The notes: a model not told the origin generated them from the letters alone. Counted from the first letter of the stretch, positions 1-9,834 are shown. The stretch is DNA of 64,000 nt from Spirochaetia bacterium (GCA_965203055.1 OZ241863.1:1408001-1472000), one strand, 5' to 3'. Translations and numbers: made by a program.

Positions 1-837
1 CCACACCACGATCTCACCGTTCTCGCCGACGGACGCGTGATCTATCCGGGCCGCGAAATCCTGGTCTTCGATGACTCGGCGAACGGCGGCTCCGCGGAGA
101 CCACCTTCATGGTCGACAACGTGCGCATCTGGGACCCGGCGAGCGGACGCATCCGTCAGGTCTGGGACTCCAAGGAGGCATGGGACGTTCTGGACCCGGA
201 CCAGCGCGTGCCGGCCCCCCCGCGCGACGACGGCCGCTTCAGTTGGACGCATCTCAACTCGATAACCGTCGGCCCGCGGGGCAACTACGTGCTCTCGTTC
301 CGCGGGCGGCATCAGGTGGTTTCCCTCAGCTCCGACTTGCAGACGATCGAGTGGCAACTGCACGGGCCGGACAGCGATTACGAGTTCCCGAACCCGGCCG
401 ACCGGTTCTACGCGCAGCACTCGGCGTCGCAGCTCGGCAACGGCAACGTCGTGGTGTTCGACAACGGCCGGGGGCGGCCCGACTCCGAAGGCGGCCACTA
501 CTCGCGCGCGCTGGAGCTGCGCCTGGACGAGGCGGCCGGCACCGCGGTGAAGGTATGGGAATACCGGCTGGAGCCGGACAGGTACTCCGCGAGAGGCGGC
601 AGCGCGTACCGGCTGAGCAACGGCAATACGTTGGTCAACTTCTCCACCACCGCACTCGAAGGCGTTCCGCTGACCGTCGTGGAGGCGGCCGCCGACGGCA
701 GCGAAGTGTTCCGCATCGACACCCTGCATACGGATGGAGCGAGTCCGGCCGACCGCTCGCGCGGCCGCGCCTTCGGCCTCGAGGCGATCATGGGCGAAAC
801 CATGCTGCGCCCGCCCGCCGCTCCGCCCGCTAACTGA
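1..837 (+). CDS. Arylsulfotransferase (ASST)-like beta-propeller protein, 5'-partial
   Basis: Frame is open from base 1 (PHHDLTVLADG). Contains ASST-type motifs HHD, WTHLNSI, FYAQHSASQLGNGNVVVFDNG and LSNGNTLV. Confidence 0.75.
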   Translation, partial: PHHDLTVLADGRVIYPGREILVFDDSANGGSAETTFMVDNVRIWDPASGRIRQVWDSKEAWDVLDPDQRVPAPPRDDGRFSWTHLNSITVGPRGNYVLSFRGRHQVVSLSSDLQTIEWQLHGPDSDYEFPNPADRFYAQHSASQLGNGNVVVFDNGRGRPDSEGGHYSRALELRLDEAAGTAVKVWEYRLEPDRYSARGGSAYRLSNGNTLVNFSTTALEGVPLTVVEAAADGSEVFRIDTLHTDGASPADRSRGRAFGLEAIMGETMLRPPAAPPAN

Positions 838-2245
838 CGCCGAGACCGCCCCAGCGCTCCGGGCTGGCGAAGCTCTGGCCGACGTCGAGGAACCCGCGCG
901 GCCCGCGGCGGCCGTAGGAAAACGGGTCGCGGGTGGCGCTCATCCAGCGCTGCAGGCGCTCTTCCATCTCTTCCACGACCGGGCGCGCCTCCACCGATTG
1001 GGCCAGATTGGTCATCTCCCAGGGGTCCTCGCTGCGGTCGAACAGCCACGGGCCGCGTTCGTTGGCGAACCAGCGCGCGTAGCTGTAGCGGGCGGTGCGC
1101 ACGCCGCGCCAGCGGCCCACCCAGCCGTCGCGGTTGGGCCAGCCGTGAGCCATGTTCTGGAGATAGACCGACTGCGCGGCGCCGGGCGTGTCGGGGCGGT
1201 CGGCCGGGACCGCGCCGCCGCGCCATACCGCTGACAGATCGCGGCCTTGCAGGCCCTCCGGCAAGGCCGCGCCGCAGGCCCCCAGCAGGCTCGGCATCAG
1301 GTCGATGGCGCCGATGAAGGCGCCGCTACGGCTGCCCGGCGCCACCACGCCGGGCCAGCGGATCACGAACGGCACGTGGATCGACTCTTCGTAGGGAGTG
1401 GCCTTGGAGGCGCGCAGGGAGTGGTGCATCCAGGTGTCGAAGGGCTTGGTATAGCCGTGCGACGAGAGGTGGTCGCCGTGGTCCGAGGTGTAGCAGACGA
1501 TGGTGTCGCCGTCGGCGCCGAGCCGCTCCAGAGCGGCCAGCAGGCGCCCCATCTCGGCATCCAGGCCGCTGCAGCAGCCGTAGTAGTCGGCGATCTCGCG
1601 GCGCGCGAAGTCGGCCATCTGCGGCGGCACGTTGGCGGGCAGATCGACCGCGGCCGGGTCGTAGACGGCGTACTCGCGCGGATACTGGTCGTACGGCCAA
1701 TGCGGCGGACACCACGATACGAACAGGGCGAACGGATCGCCGGGGCGCGTCTCCCGATGGCGCTCCATGAAGCGGATGGCCAGATCGGTCTCGCCGGTGG
1801 GCGCCCAGGCGGGGTGGGTGTGCGGTCCGCTCTCGTTCTCGTAGTAGGTGGAGCCGTAGTAGTTGCCCGGTATGTTGTTGGCCGCCAGGTAGTCGAGCCC
1901 GTAGCGGCGCTCCGCGGGAAACGGGCCGTGGCCGAGGTGCCACTTGCCGACGTGGGCGGTGGCGTAGCCGTGCGCGCGCAGGGTGCCGGGCAGGGTCGGG
2001 AGGTCGGTGCGCAGCCGGTACTCGTTATCGATCACCCCGTTCTGCCATGCGTACCGTCCCGACGCCAGGATCGCCCGGTAGGGGGAGCACAGCGGGTGAT
2101 TGGAAAACACGCCGTCGCACACCATGCCGGCGCCGGCCATGGCGTCCAGATGGGGCGTCCGCACGATGTCGTTGCCGTTGGCGCCGAGGGCGCCGTAGCG
2201 CTGCTGATCGCTGAATACGAACAAGAGATTGGGAGAACGTGCCAT
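830..2245 (-). CDS. Sulfatase (formylglycine-dependent)
   Basis: N-terminal PNLLFVFSDQQR, CSPYR (CxPxR) motif, GKWHLG, SDHG and YEESIHVPF. Confidence 0.92.
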   Translation of the reverse strand: MARSPNLLFVFSDQQRYGALGANGNDIVRTPHLDAMAGAGMVCDGVFSNHPLCSPYRAILASGRYAWQNGVIDNEYRLRTDLPTLPGTLRAHGYATAHVGKWHLGHGPFPAERRYGLDYLAANNIPGNYYGSTYYENESGPHTHPAWAPTGETDLAIRFMERHRETRPGDPFALFVSWCPPHWPYDQYPREYAVYDPAAVDLPANVPPQMADFARREIADYYGCCSGLDAEMGRLLAALERLGADGDTIVCYTSDHGDHLSSHGYTKPFDTWMHHSLRASKATPYEESIHVPFVIRWPGVVAPGSRSGAFIGAIDLMPSLLGACGAALPEGLQGRDLSAVWRGGAVPADRPDTPGAAQSVYLQNMAHGWPNRDGWVGRWRGVRTARYSYARWFANERGPWLFDRSEDPWEMTNLAQSVEARPVVEEMEERLQRWMSATRDPFSYGRRGPRGFLDVGQSFASPERWGGLGVS

Positions 2246-2317
2246 ATGCTTGGATCCCAGCTTACCAGCGCAGCGCGCCCGCGGCCAGTGCGCGGGCGCG
2301 CTGCCGCTGCGCGGCAA

Positions 2318-4306
2318 TCAGGAACCGGCGGGCGGCTGCCGCTCTGCGGTCGGCCGCCGCTCTGCGGTCGGGGCCGCTGCGAGGCGGCGTTCGTTACCTG
2401 TCCGGAGGGTAACGCCGGCGCGGTCGAGCTGTTCCAGCAGCGGCACGATGACGCGCCGGTTGGTGCCGACCGCGGTGCGCAGGGCGCTGGTGGTGCCGCG
2501 CCGGTGGCGGCGCAAGTAGTCGACTACCGCGGCGCGCGCCTGCCGGTAGACGCCGGCCGCCAGCACGACGTCGCTGCTCAGCGCCACCACTTCGCCGTTG
2601 CTGAGGAGGTACTCCAGCACGGTGCGGCCCTCGCGTTCGGCAGTGAGCTGGCCGCGGCCGGGCGGCGCCAGCGGGTTGGCGGCCAGGGCCGCGCGGAGGG
2701 ACGCGGCGGCGCGCTCCAGGCCGGCCGGCAGCGCCGCGGCGTGTCCCGGTGGACGGATGGCGGAGCCGGTCCGCTGATAGCCGCGCCGCTGCAGCGCGGC
2801 GAGCACCGCGTTCAGCACCGCGCCCCCGGTGCCGGAGTCGCCGCCGGCCGGCGCCGCGCGGAGGCTGGCGATCGGCGCGCCGGCGCGTTGCGGATGGCGC
2901 TGCAGCTCGGCGGCGATCGCCTGCGCCGCGGCGTCCACCTGGCGCGCGAACCAGGCGGCATCGACCGCGACGGCGCCGAACACCTGCAGCGCTCCTTCCC
3001 GGGCGAGCGCGCCGGCGGCCTGCCGCAACTCCTGTTCGGTTGCCGGGTGGAGGCGTCCGACGGCGGTCAGATCGACCGCGCCGGCGGCCGCGGCGCGCGC
3101 CCGGAGGACGGTGTCGATACGGTGCGGCGCGCGCGCCACCGCGTTCAGGAGGCTGCGCTGGGCGGCGTGGCGCAAGGGTATCCGGGGCGCCGGATCGAGA
3201 ACCACCCCGCCGGCAAGGGTGAACCGCTGCGACCAGTCGCGCAGCACCACCCGGTCGCCGATCAGGAACGGGCGCTGCTCGTCCAGTTGGACGCGCGCCA
3301 GGGCGTCGGCGCCGGCCGCCAGGCCGGACTTCGCGCGCGCCGGCTCCAGGCGCACCGCGGCGGCCAGGTTGGCGGTGCCATGGTGCAGCCGCACGCGCGC
3401 GCCGTCCCGCAGCAGGGGAGTGGGACGGTTCCCGGCGCCGCGGGCGCTGCGGGTGAGCCGCAGGTCGCAGCGCGTGCCGCCGCCCGCCGCCTGCGGGATG
3501 GTCACCACGTCGCCGCGGCGGATCGCGCGCCCGCCGCGCGCGGAGCGGGCCGGCGCCAGATTCAGCGCTACCCGCGTCGCCGGGCCCACGCGGTCGGCGG
3601 AACGATTGAAGCTCTCCACGCCGCGGATGCGGGCGCGGTCGCCGCCCGGCCACAGCGCCACTTCCTGGCCGCGCCGCAGCGCTCCGCCGGACAGCGTGCC
3701 GGTGACCACGATCCCGGCGCCGGCAATGGTAAAGGCGCGGTCGACCGCCAGCCGCGGGGTGCCGGCTGCGGCCGGCGGGAGCGGCGCCAACTGCGCCGTC
3801 ATCTCCCGGCGCAACTCCTCCAGTCCGCGGTTGCCCGCCGCCGACACCGGAACGATGGGGCAGTCGGCAAACCCGCTGCCGGCGGCCATTCGCCGTATCT
3901 CCTCGATGCGCGGCCCGGGATCGGGGAGCAGGTCCGCCTTGGTGAGCGCCACGACCCGGGCGCGGGCGCCCAGATACTCCACGATCTGCAGGTGTTCCTC
4001 GGTCTGCGGCATCCAGCCCTCGTTGGCTGCCACTGCCAGAATGGCCAGATCCACGGCGCCCACGCCGGCCACCATGTTCTTGACGAAGTCCTCGTGGCCG
4101 GGCACGTCGACGATGCCCACCCGCAGACTGAGGTCCTGCCCCGGCACCGGCAGGTTCAGGTGGGCGAAGCCGAGCTCGATGGTGATCCCGCGGCGCTTCT
4201 CCTCCGCCAGGCGGTCCGGGTCGACGCCGGTCAGCGCCTGTACCAGCGCGCTCTTGCCGTGATCGACGTGGCCCGCGGTGGCGGCGATGTAGTGGCGGAC
4301 CTTCAT
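2318..4306 (-). CDS. selB: Selenocysteine-specific elongation factor SelB
   Basis: TAGHVDHGKS, RGITIELGF, DVPGHEDFVKNM and TKAD GTPase motifs; C-terminal winged helix (NRRVIVPLLEQLD). ATG overlaps the selA stop (ATGA). Confidence 0.95.
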   Translation of the reverse strand: MKVRHYIAATAGHVDHGKSALVQALTGVDPDRLAEEKRRGITIELGFAHLNLPVPGQDLSLRVGIVDVPGHEDFVKNMVAGVGAVDLAILAVAANEGWMPQTEEHLQIVEYLGARARVVALTKADLLPDPGPRIEEIRRMAAGSGFADCPIVPVSAAGNRGLEELRREMTAQLAPLPPAAAGTPRLAVDRAFTIAGAGIVVTGTLSGGALRRGQEVALWPGGDRARIRGVESFNRSADRVGPATRVALNLAPARSARGGRAIRRGDVVTIPQAAGGGTRCDLRLTRSARGAGNRPTPLLRDGARVRLHHGTANLAAAVRLEPARAKSGLAAGADALARVQLDEQRPFLIGDRVVLRDWSQRFTLAGGVVLDPAPRIPLRHAAQRSLLNAVARAPHRIDTVLRARAAAAGAVDLTAVGRLHPATEQELRQAAGALAREGALQVFGAVAVDAAWFARQVDAAAQAIAAELQRHPQRAGAPIASLRAAPAGGDSGTGGAVLNAVLAALQRRGYQRTGSAIRPPGHAAALPAGLERAAASLRAALAANPLAPPGRGQLTAEREGRTVLEYLLSNGEVVALSSDVVLAAGVYRQARAAVVDYLRRHRRGTTSALRTAVGTNRRVIVPLLEQLDRAGVTLRTGNERRLAAAPTAERRPTAERQPPAGS

Positions 4307-5715
4307 TCCGGTGTCGGCCTCGCGGCCGCCGGCAGCGCATCCGCGGCCTGGCCGAGGGCGCGCGCGAGAACCTCGTCCTGGGACGCCAGTACCGTGCGCA
4401 GATCGAGCCGCACCTGGTCGCGGCGAAGGTAGCCGGCCACCGGCGGAGTCGCGCGCCGCAGCGCCGCGGCCAGCGCCGCGGCGCCGCGCGGCGGTGCGGG
4501 GCGCAAGGCGATGCCGGCCGACGGCAGCGTGCCGGTAGGCAGGGTGCCGCCGCCGAGGCGGCTGGCGCAGGCGATCGGAACCGCCCGCAGCGCCGCCGGC
4601 AGCCGCGGGATCATGGCCGCCGCGCGGCGCTGCAAGTCGCTCACCGGGACCCGCATCAGCTCCTGCAGCGGCACCGGCGGCGCGTCTCCAAGATGCGCCT
4701 CCAACGTCTGCTGAAGCAGCGCCAGCGCGACCTTGTCGAGGCGCAGCGCGCGAAACAGCGGATGGCGCTTCAGGCGCGCGATCCATGCCGCGTCGCCCGC
4801 CACCACGCCGGCCTGCGGGCCGCCGAACAGCTTGTCGCCGCTGAAGCACACCAGGGTCGCGCCTCCCGCCAGCACCTCCTGCGGCAGCGGCTCGCGCGGC
4901 AGGCCGGTGCCGGCGTCGGTCGGCGTGACCGCTCCGCTGCCGAGGTCCACTACCAGCGGCACGCCGGCGCCTGCCGCGGTATCCCGCAGCTCGGCCAGCC
5001 GCGGCGCGGCGACGAACCCGCGCATCACGAAGTTGCTGCGATGGACCGACAACAGCGCCGCGGTGTGGGCGCCGCAGGCCGCGGCGTAGTCCGCCGCGGT
5101 GGTCTGGTTGGTGGTTCCGACCTCGCGCAGTTCGGCGCCGGCGGCGGTGAGAAGGTCGGGGATGCGGAACCCGCCGCCGATCTGGATCAGCTCACCGCGC
5201 GACACCACCACTTCGCTGCGCTGCGGAGCGGCGCGCACAGCCGCAACGACCAGCAGCAGCGCGGCGGCGCAGTTGTTCACCACGGTGGCCGCCGGCGCCC
5301 GGCACAGGGCCGCCAGCGCCTGCTCCACGTAGTGACCGCGGCTGCCGCGCGCGCCGGTCACGAGGTCCAGCTCCAGATTGGTGTAGGCGCCGGCCACCTG
5401 CGCCAGCGTAGCGAGCGCCGCGCCGAGCGGCGCGCGCCCGAGGTTGGTGTGCAGCAGTACCCCGGTGGCGTTGATCACCGGCCGCAGCCGCGCCGCCGCG
5501 AGCCGTTCGGCGGCCGCGCGCACGCGCGCGGCAATCGCCGTCCGCGCCGGGACCGGCGCGGACGCCCGCACCGCGTCCAGCTCGCGGCGTACGAGATCCG
5601 CGCCCAGCAGATGCGGCAGCCGCAGGTCGGCGAGCCCGTCGAGCAACTGGTTGACCGGCGGGATTGTCGCCTGCGGGTTGGCCGCGGCGCGCTGACTGCC
5701 CGGCCGCAGGCTCAT
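4303..5715 (-). CDS. selA: L-seryl-tRNA(Sec) selenium transferase SelA
   Basis: VINATGVLLHTNLGRAPL, SRGELIQIGGGFRIPD, EVGTTN and the PLP-lysine motif FSGDKLFGGPQAG. Confidence 0.96.
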   Translation of the reverse strand: MSLRPGSQRAAANPQATIPPVNQLLDGLADLRLPHLLGADLVRRELDAVRASAPVPARTAIAARVRAAAERLAAARLRPVINATGVLLHTNLGRAPLGAALATLAQVAGAYTNLELDLVTGARGSRGHYVEQALAALCRAPAATVVNNCAAALLLVVAAVRAAPQRSEVVVSRGELIQIGGGFRIPDLLTAAGAELREVGTTNQTTAADYAAACGAHTAALLSVHRSNFVMRGFVAAPRLAELRDTAAGAGVPLVVDLGSGAVTPTDAGTGLPREPLPQEVLAGGATLVCFSGDKLFGGPQAGVVAGDAAWIARLKRHPLFRALRLDKVALALLQQTLEAHLGDAPPVPLQELMRVPVSDLQRRAAAMIPRLPAALRAVPIACASRLGGGTLPTGTLPSAGIALRPAPPRGAAALAAALRRATPPVAGYLRRDQVRLDLRTVLASQDEVLARALGQAADALPAAARPTPE

Positions 5716-6764
5716 GGCCCGGCCCGCACTACGACCGGCGTGGTCCGGGCGCGGGTCACGCGTCCCACGACCGCGGCCAGCGCCCCGTGCGCGGCCAGCA
5801 CCCGGCGCACCGCATCCAGCAGGGGCGCGGCAGCGCAGAGCAGGAGCCCGCCGCTGGTCTGGGCATCGGCGAACAGCACGCGGCTGGCCTCCGGGCACGT
5901 CCCCCAGTCCACCACCGCGGCCGCGGCCGCCAGATTGTCGGCGCTGCCGCCGGGAACGCAGCCGTCCGCGATCAGGCCGGGCAGCGCGGCGTCGATGGTT
6001 GGCACGCGGTCGTACCACAACTCCGCGCCGCAGCGGCTGGACGCGCACAGGTCGGCGAGATGGCCGGTAAGGCCGAAGCCGGTGACGTCGGTGCCCGCGG
6101 TTACGCCCGCGGCCGCCAACTCGGGACCCGCGCTATTGAGACGAACCATGGAACGGACCGCCCGTTCCACCGCCGCCGCGCCGGCGCGGCCCTGCTTCAG
6201 GGCCGTGGTGACGATCCCGGTACCCAGCGGCTTGGTGAGCACGAGGTAGTCTCCCGCCCGCGCCGCCGCCTTGGTCAGCAGGCGCTCCGGCCGCACCAAC
6301 CCGGTGACGGCCAGGCCGTACACCGGTTCGGGGTTGCGCACCGTGTGCCCGCCGATGGTGACCGCGCCGGCCGCATGCACCGCATCGGCGCCGCCGCGCA
6401 GGATCTCCGCCGCCACCGCCGCCGGCACCTTCTGCGGCGGGTAGCCGAGGATGTTGAGGGCAGTCAACGGACGGCCCCCCATGGCGTACACGTCGGAGAG
6501 GGCATTGGCGGCGGCGATGCGGCCATAGGTATAGCCGTCGTCGACTATCGGCGTGAAGAAGTCCACGGTCTGCACCAGGGCGCGGTCGGCGTCCAGCCGG
6601 TAGACGCCGGCATCGTCGCCGGCCGCGGAGCTCACGATGACGTTGGGATGATCGAACGCCGGAAGCTGGCCCAGGACCTGCGCCAGTGCCTGCTGGCTGA
6701 GCTTGGACGCTCACCCGGCGCAGGAGGACAACGCCGTGAGTTGGAAGATATCCTCGCGAGTCAA
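5712..6764 (-). CDS. selD: Selenophosphate synthetase SelD, a selenoprotein (in-frame UGA = Sec18 at 6713-6711)
   Basis: SD AGGAGGTGA precedes TTG at 6764. Reads MTREDIFQLTALSSCAG-UGA-ASKLSQ and continues in frame into DDAGVY, TVDFFTPIVDD, ANALSDVYAMGG, TDVTGFGL and DAQTSGGLL. Confidence 0.93.
6670..6710 (-). promoter_or_regulatory. Candidate bacterial SECIS hairpin just 3' of the selD UGA
   Basis: After UGA the mRNA can fold GCCAG-CAGGCA-CTGGC starting 13 nt downstream, or alternatively CTGGC-G-CAG-GTC-CTG-G-GCCAG. Folded by eye only. Confidence 0.45.
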
Positions 6765-6794
6765 GCTCGATCACCTCCTGGGCCATGGGATATG

Positions 6795-6890
6795 CGGAGA
6801 GGGTAGGAATCGAACCCACCTCGCCCTGCACCGGCAGGGTCGACAACGGTTTTGAAGACCGCGGGGACCACCAGGCACCCATCACTCTCC
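6795..6890 (-). tRNA. selC: tRNA-Sec (anticodon UCA)
   Basis: Anticodon arm GCGGT-CTTCAAA-ACCGT, long variable arm (CCCTGC/GCAGGG), T-arm GTGGG-TTCGATT-CCTAC and G discriminator. CCA is not encoded. Lies directly upstream of selD. Confidence 0.95.
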
Positions 6891-7067
6891 CGCACGCGGA
6901 GCGCCGCTCCGCGCGGACAAGAGTATCTCAACCAGCCAAGCGCGCATACCGCCGCCGCGCCTGCGGACCGCCGCGCCTGCCGGCAGGTCGGGACGCCGCG
7001 GCGGCGACCGGATTTGCCGTTCATTCTTCGGTGGTCAACCGGTCGGCCACCGGATTACGGTTCGCGC

Positions 7068-8120
7068 ATGGATCAGGCAATGCCGCCGCGCGCCGAGATG
7101 CTCACGGCGTTCATCGGGCGGGACGCAAACTATGATGGCGCCTTCGTGGCCGCGGTGCGCACTACCGGCATCTTCTGCCGCTCCTCCTGCCCGGCCCGCA
7201 AACCCCACCCGCGGCACGTCGAGTTCTTCGCCTCCGCCGGCCGCGCCCTGGCGGCCGGCTACCGGCCCTGTCTGCGCTGCCGGCCGCTCGATCCCGGCGG
7301 CGCGGCGCCGGCCTGGCTGAGTCCCCTGCTGGCGGCGGTGGAGCGCGACCCGCAGCGCCGCTGGACCGACGCCGACCTGCGCGCCGCCGGCCTGCGTCCG
7401 GAGGCGGCGCGGCGCTGGTTTCAGCGGCGCTGCGGGATGACGTTTCACGGTTACGCGCGCGCCCGCCGGCTGGCCGCCGCGGTCGGCCACCTGCAACAGG
7501 GCGCGCCGGTTGCCGATACCGCGTTCGCTCACGGATACGAGTCATTGAGCGGCTTCAACGATGCGCTCCGCAACCTGCTTGGCGCCGCCCCCGGCGCCGC
7601 GGCCGATGCGCCGCTGCTGACGGTGGCGCCGCTGTCGACACCGTTGGGCACGATGCTGCTCGGCGCCGCAGATGGCAAGCTGTGTCTGGCCGAGTTCACC
7701 GATCAGGAACGGCTGCAAGCGCAAGTACGGCGCGTGCGTCAGCGCCTGAACGCCGCCCTCGTCCCGGGCCGCGCGCCTCCTGTCGAGCGCGCCGCGCAGC
7801 AGTTGGCGGAGTACTTCGCCGGCTCCCGGCAGCGCTTCGAGCTGCCCCTGTTGCCGGCTGGTACGACGCTGCAGCGCCAAGTGTGGGACACGCTGTTGCG
7901 GATTCCGTATGGGGCTACCTGGAGCTACGCGCAGGTCGCTGCCGCGATCGGCCGCCCGCGGGCGGCCCGGCCGGTAGGCCGCGCCGTTGGCGCCAACCCC
8001 ATCGCGGTCGTGGTTCCCTGCCACCGGGTAATCGGCAGCGGCGGCGGGCTGACCGGCTACGGCGGCGGGCTTTGGCGCAAACGCCGCCTGCTGGACCTCG
8101 AACGGCAAGCACCCGCATGA
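7068..8120 (+). CDS. ada: Bifunctional Ada regulator / methylated-DNA--protein-cysteine methyltransferase
   Basis: Ada Zn site (TTGIFCRSSCPAR...GYRPCLRCRP), AraC-type HTH (GYESLSGF) and methyltransferase motif NPIAVVVPCHRVIG. Confidence 0.93.
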   Translation: MDQAMPPRAEMLTAFIGRDANYDGAFVAAVRTTGIFCRSSCPARKPHPRHVEFFASAGRALAAGYRPCLRCRPLDPGGAAPAWLSPLLAAVERDPQRRWTDADLRAAGLRPEAARRWFQRRCGMTFHGYARARRLAAAVGHLQQGAPVADTAFAHGYESLSGFNDALRNLLGAAPGAAADAPLLTVAPLSTPLGTMLLGAADGKLCLAEFTDQERLQAQVRRVRQRLNAALVPGRAPPVERAAQQLAEYFAGSRQRFELPLLPAGTTLQRQVWDTLLRIPYGATWSYAQVAAAIGRPRAARPVGRAVGANPIAVVVPCHRVIGSGGGLTGYGGGLWRKRRLLDLERQAPA

Positions 8121-8152
8121 AGGTAGAGGCGTCACCCCGGGGAGAGTATCAC

Positions 8153-8593
8153 TCATTCTCGTCGGATGCGTCGTTCAATCCAGATACGGATCTCCTCCAC
8201 GCACATATCGTGGGACGCCACGGCTCGCGTCAGATCCTCCAACGCTTCATTGTCGGCCAACAGGAGGTAGCCGTTGATGCTCAGGAACAGTTCGGTAGCC
8301 GCGACCGCAACCCGTTTGTTGCCTTCGACGAACGGGTGGTTCGTCACCAGGGAGTGCATCAAGGCAGCGGCTTTTTCCGCAATTGAGACATAGAGGTCAT
8401 GGCCGCCAAAGGAGGCGGCCGGGCGACCGAGCGCGGACTGGAGGCCCCGCCGATTCAGCACCGTGTCCGTCTTGACTGGGTTTGCAAATAAATCGAGGAG
8501 TAGTCTTACGGCGTCAATTGTGTTGGCTGGCACGTCAGCGATGATCGCTCGGTGAAGAACCAAGACTTGCTTTTCACTCAGATACTCGACCAT
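8153..8593 (-). CDS. Doc/Fic-family toxin (death-on-curing)
   Basis: YLSEKQVLVLH N-terminus, LQSALGRP and Doc motif HPFVEGNKR; overlaps the upstream antitoxin gene. Confidence 0.88.
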   Translation of the reverse strand: MVEYLSEKQVLVLHRAIIADVPANTIDAVRLLLDLFANPVKTDTVLNRRGLQSALGRPAASFGGHDLYVSIAEKAAALMHSLVTNHPFVEGNKRVAVAATELFLSINGYLLLADNEALEDLTRAVASHDMCVEEIRIWIERRIRRE

Positions 8594-8855
8594 CAGCCTC
8601 GTTGCCGTCGTCGTCAGCGAGACGTTCGTAGAGCTCACGCCGCTCCCGGACGAGGCTGTCCACCATCTTCCTGAACCGTGCGGAAGCCTCACCCGCCTCG
8701 AAGAACCTGACTCCGGCACGGACGATGAAGCTCCCGTCGCGCGGGTCGACCGCGGCATCCACCTCCATGCCGGGCTGCAACGCCAATTCCTCTACCAGAT
8801 CGTGAGGCAGCGTTACGGCAAGGCTGTTGCCTACCTGCACCAACTTGCGCTTCAT
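8574..8855 (-). CDS. AbrB/MazE-family antitoxin
   Basis: MKRKLVQVGNSLAVTLP AbrB motif; C-terminal RRELYERLA helix typical of Doc partners. Confidence 0.85.
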   Translation of the reverse strand: MKRKLVQVGNSLAVTLPHDLVEELALQPGMEVDAAVDPRDGSFIVRAGVRFFEAGEASARFRKMVDSLVRERRELYERLADDDGNEADGRVSE

Positions 8856-9051
8856 ACCACGCACCGTATTACGACCAATCGCAATACGCAAGCTGACGCC
8901 GCTCCGTGCCGCCCGCGGCGGTTGCCGCTGACTGCGCAGGGGCGTATGCTCTGCGAACAGGTGGTCACCCGATGAGTACGATCGTGGAACGGACGACGGC
9001 GTTGGAGGGCAGGACCGATCGCCTGGAATGGCCTGCCGGGCGCGACGCGCA

Positions 9052-9834
9052 ATGACGCTCACCACTGAGGATCTGCGCTTCTTCAAGCGCAACGGGTACC
9101 TGATCAAGCGCAAGGTGATGGATCGCGCGCTGATGGCCGAGGCGCGCCGCCGCCTGTGGGACGATCCACCGCAATCGATGCAACCGGACGCCCCCGAATC
9201 CTGGGTAGGCCCGCTGCCCGCCGCCGACCACTCCTCCGATTCGGACAACCAGCGCGGCGAATACCGCTGGCAGTACCGGCGCATCGGCGCGGAACCGTGG
9301 ATCGTACGCATGCTGGCTACCGATCCGGCGATCTTCGCCATGGCGGAACAGATGCTCGGTCCCGGCGAGCTGCAGCCTCCCGACCGCATCCGCGGCATCT
9401 ATTGCACCTTGCCGTATGGCGACCGGCCGCGGCCTCCGGTCGGCTGTCACTGCGACGGCCACCCGTTCCATCTGGGAGTGGTCGGCTACATCGACGACGT
9501 AGCGCCGGACGGCGGCGGGTTCTGCGTGTGGCCGGGCAGCCACCGGCGGTTCTACCATACCTTCCGTACCGGCTACCTGCGCGACACCACGCCGGCCCAC
9601 GAGGAGATGGTGGCGCAGGTCAACCGCAACGGGCCGGTCGATTGCCACGGCGCGGCCGGCGACGTCGTCTTCTGGCACCATCGTCTGGGTCACATGGCAG
9701 GCCACAACTACTCGCGCCGCATCCGCCAGGCGGTGCTCTACGACTACCGCAAGCGGGATCTGCCGGAAGTGGAGGGCCGCCCGCCCTGCGCGGACATGTG
9801 GCAGCACTGGGCGCCGGAGCTGCGCGGCCTGTGA
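9052..9834 (+). CDS. Phytanoyl-CoA dioxygenase (PhyH)-family Fe(II)/2OG enzyme
   Basis: LTTEDLRFFKRNGYL start, HCD (HxD), GGFCVWPGSH and AGDVVFWHHRLGH. Confidence 0.85.
   Translation: MTLTTEDLRFFKRNGYLIKRKVMDRALMAEARRRLWDDPPQSMQPDAPESWVGPLPAADHSSDSDNQRGEYRWQYRRIGAEPWIVRMLATDPAIFAMAEQMLGPGELQPPDRIRGIYCTLPYGDRPRPPVGCHCDGHPFHLGVVGYIDDVAPDGGGFCVWPGSHRRFYHTFRTGYLRDTTPAHEEMVAQVNRNGPVDCHGAAGDVVFWHHRLGHMAGHNYSRRIRQAVLYDYRKRDLPEVEGRPPCADMWQHWAPELRGL

Noticed and set aside
2338..2371. 18-bp tandem duplication at the selB 3' end (PTAERR/PTAERQ)
   Set aside because: It lies in a low-complexity tail after the last winged-helix domain and is probably neutral slippage.
6133..6885. ORF containing MAQEVIELDSRG, resembling a TusA/SirA N-terminus
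   Set aside because: It lacks the CPxP motif, overlaps tRNA-Sec and selD, and its GGAGGTG is the selD SD.
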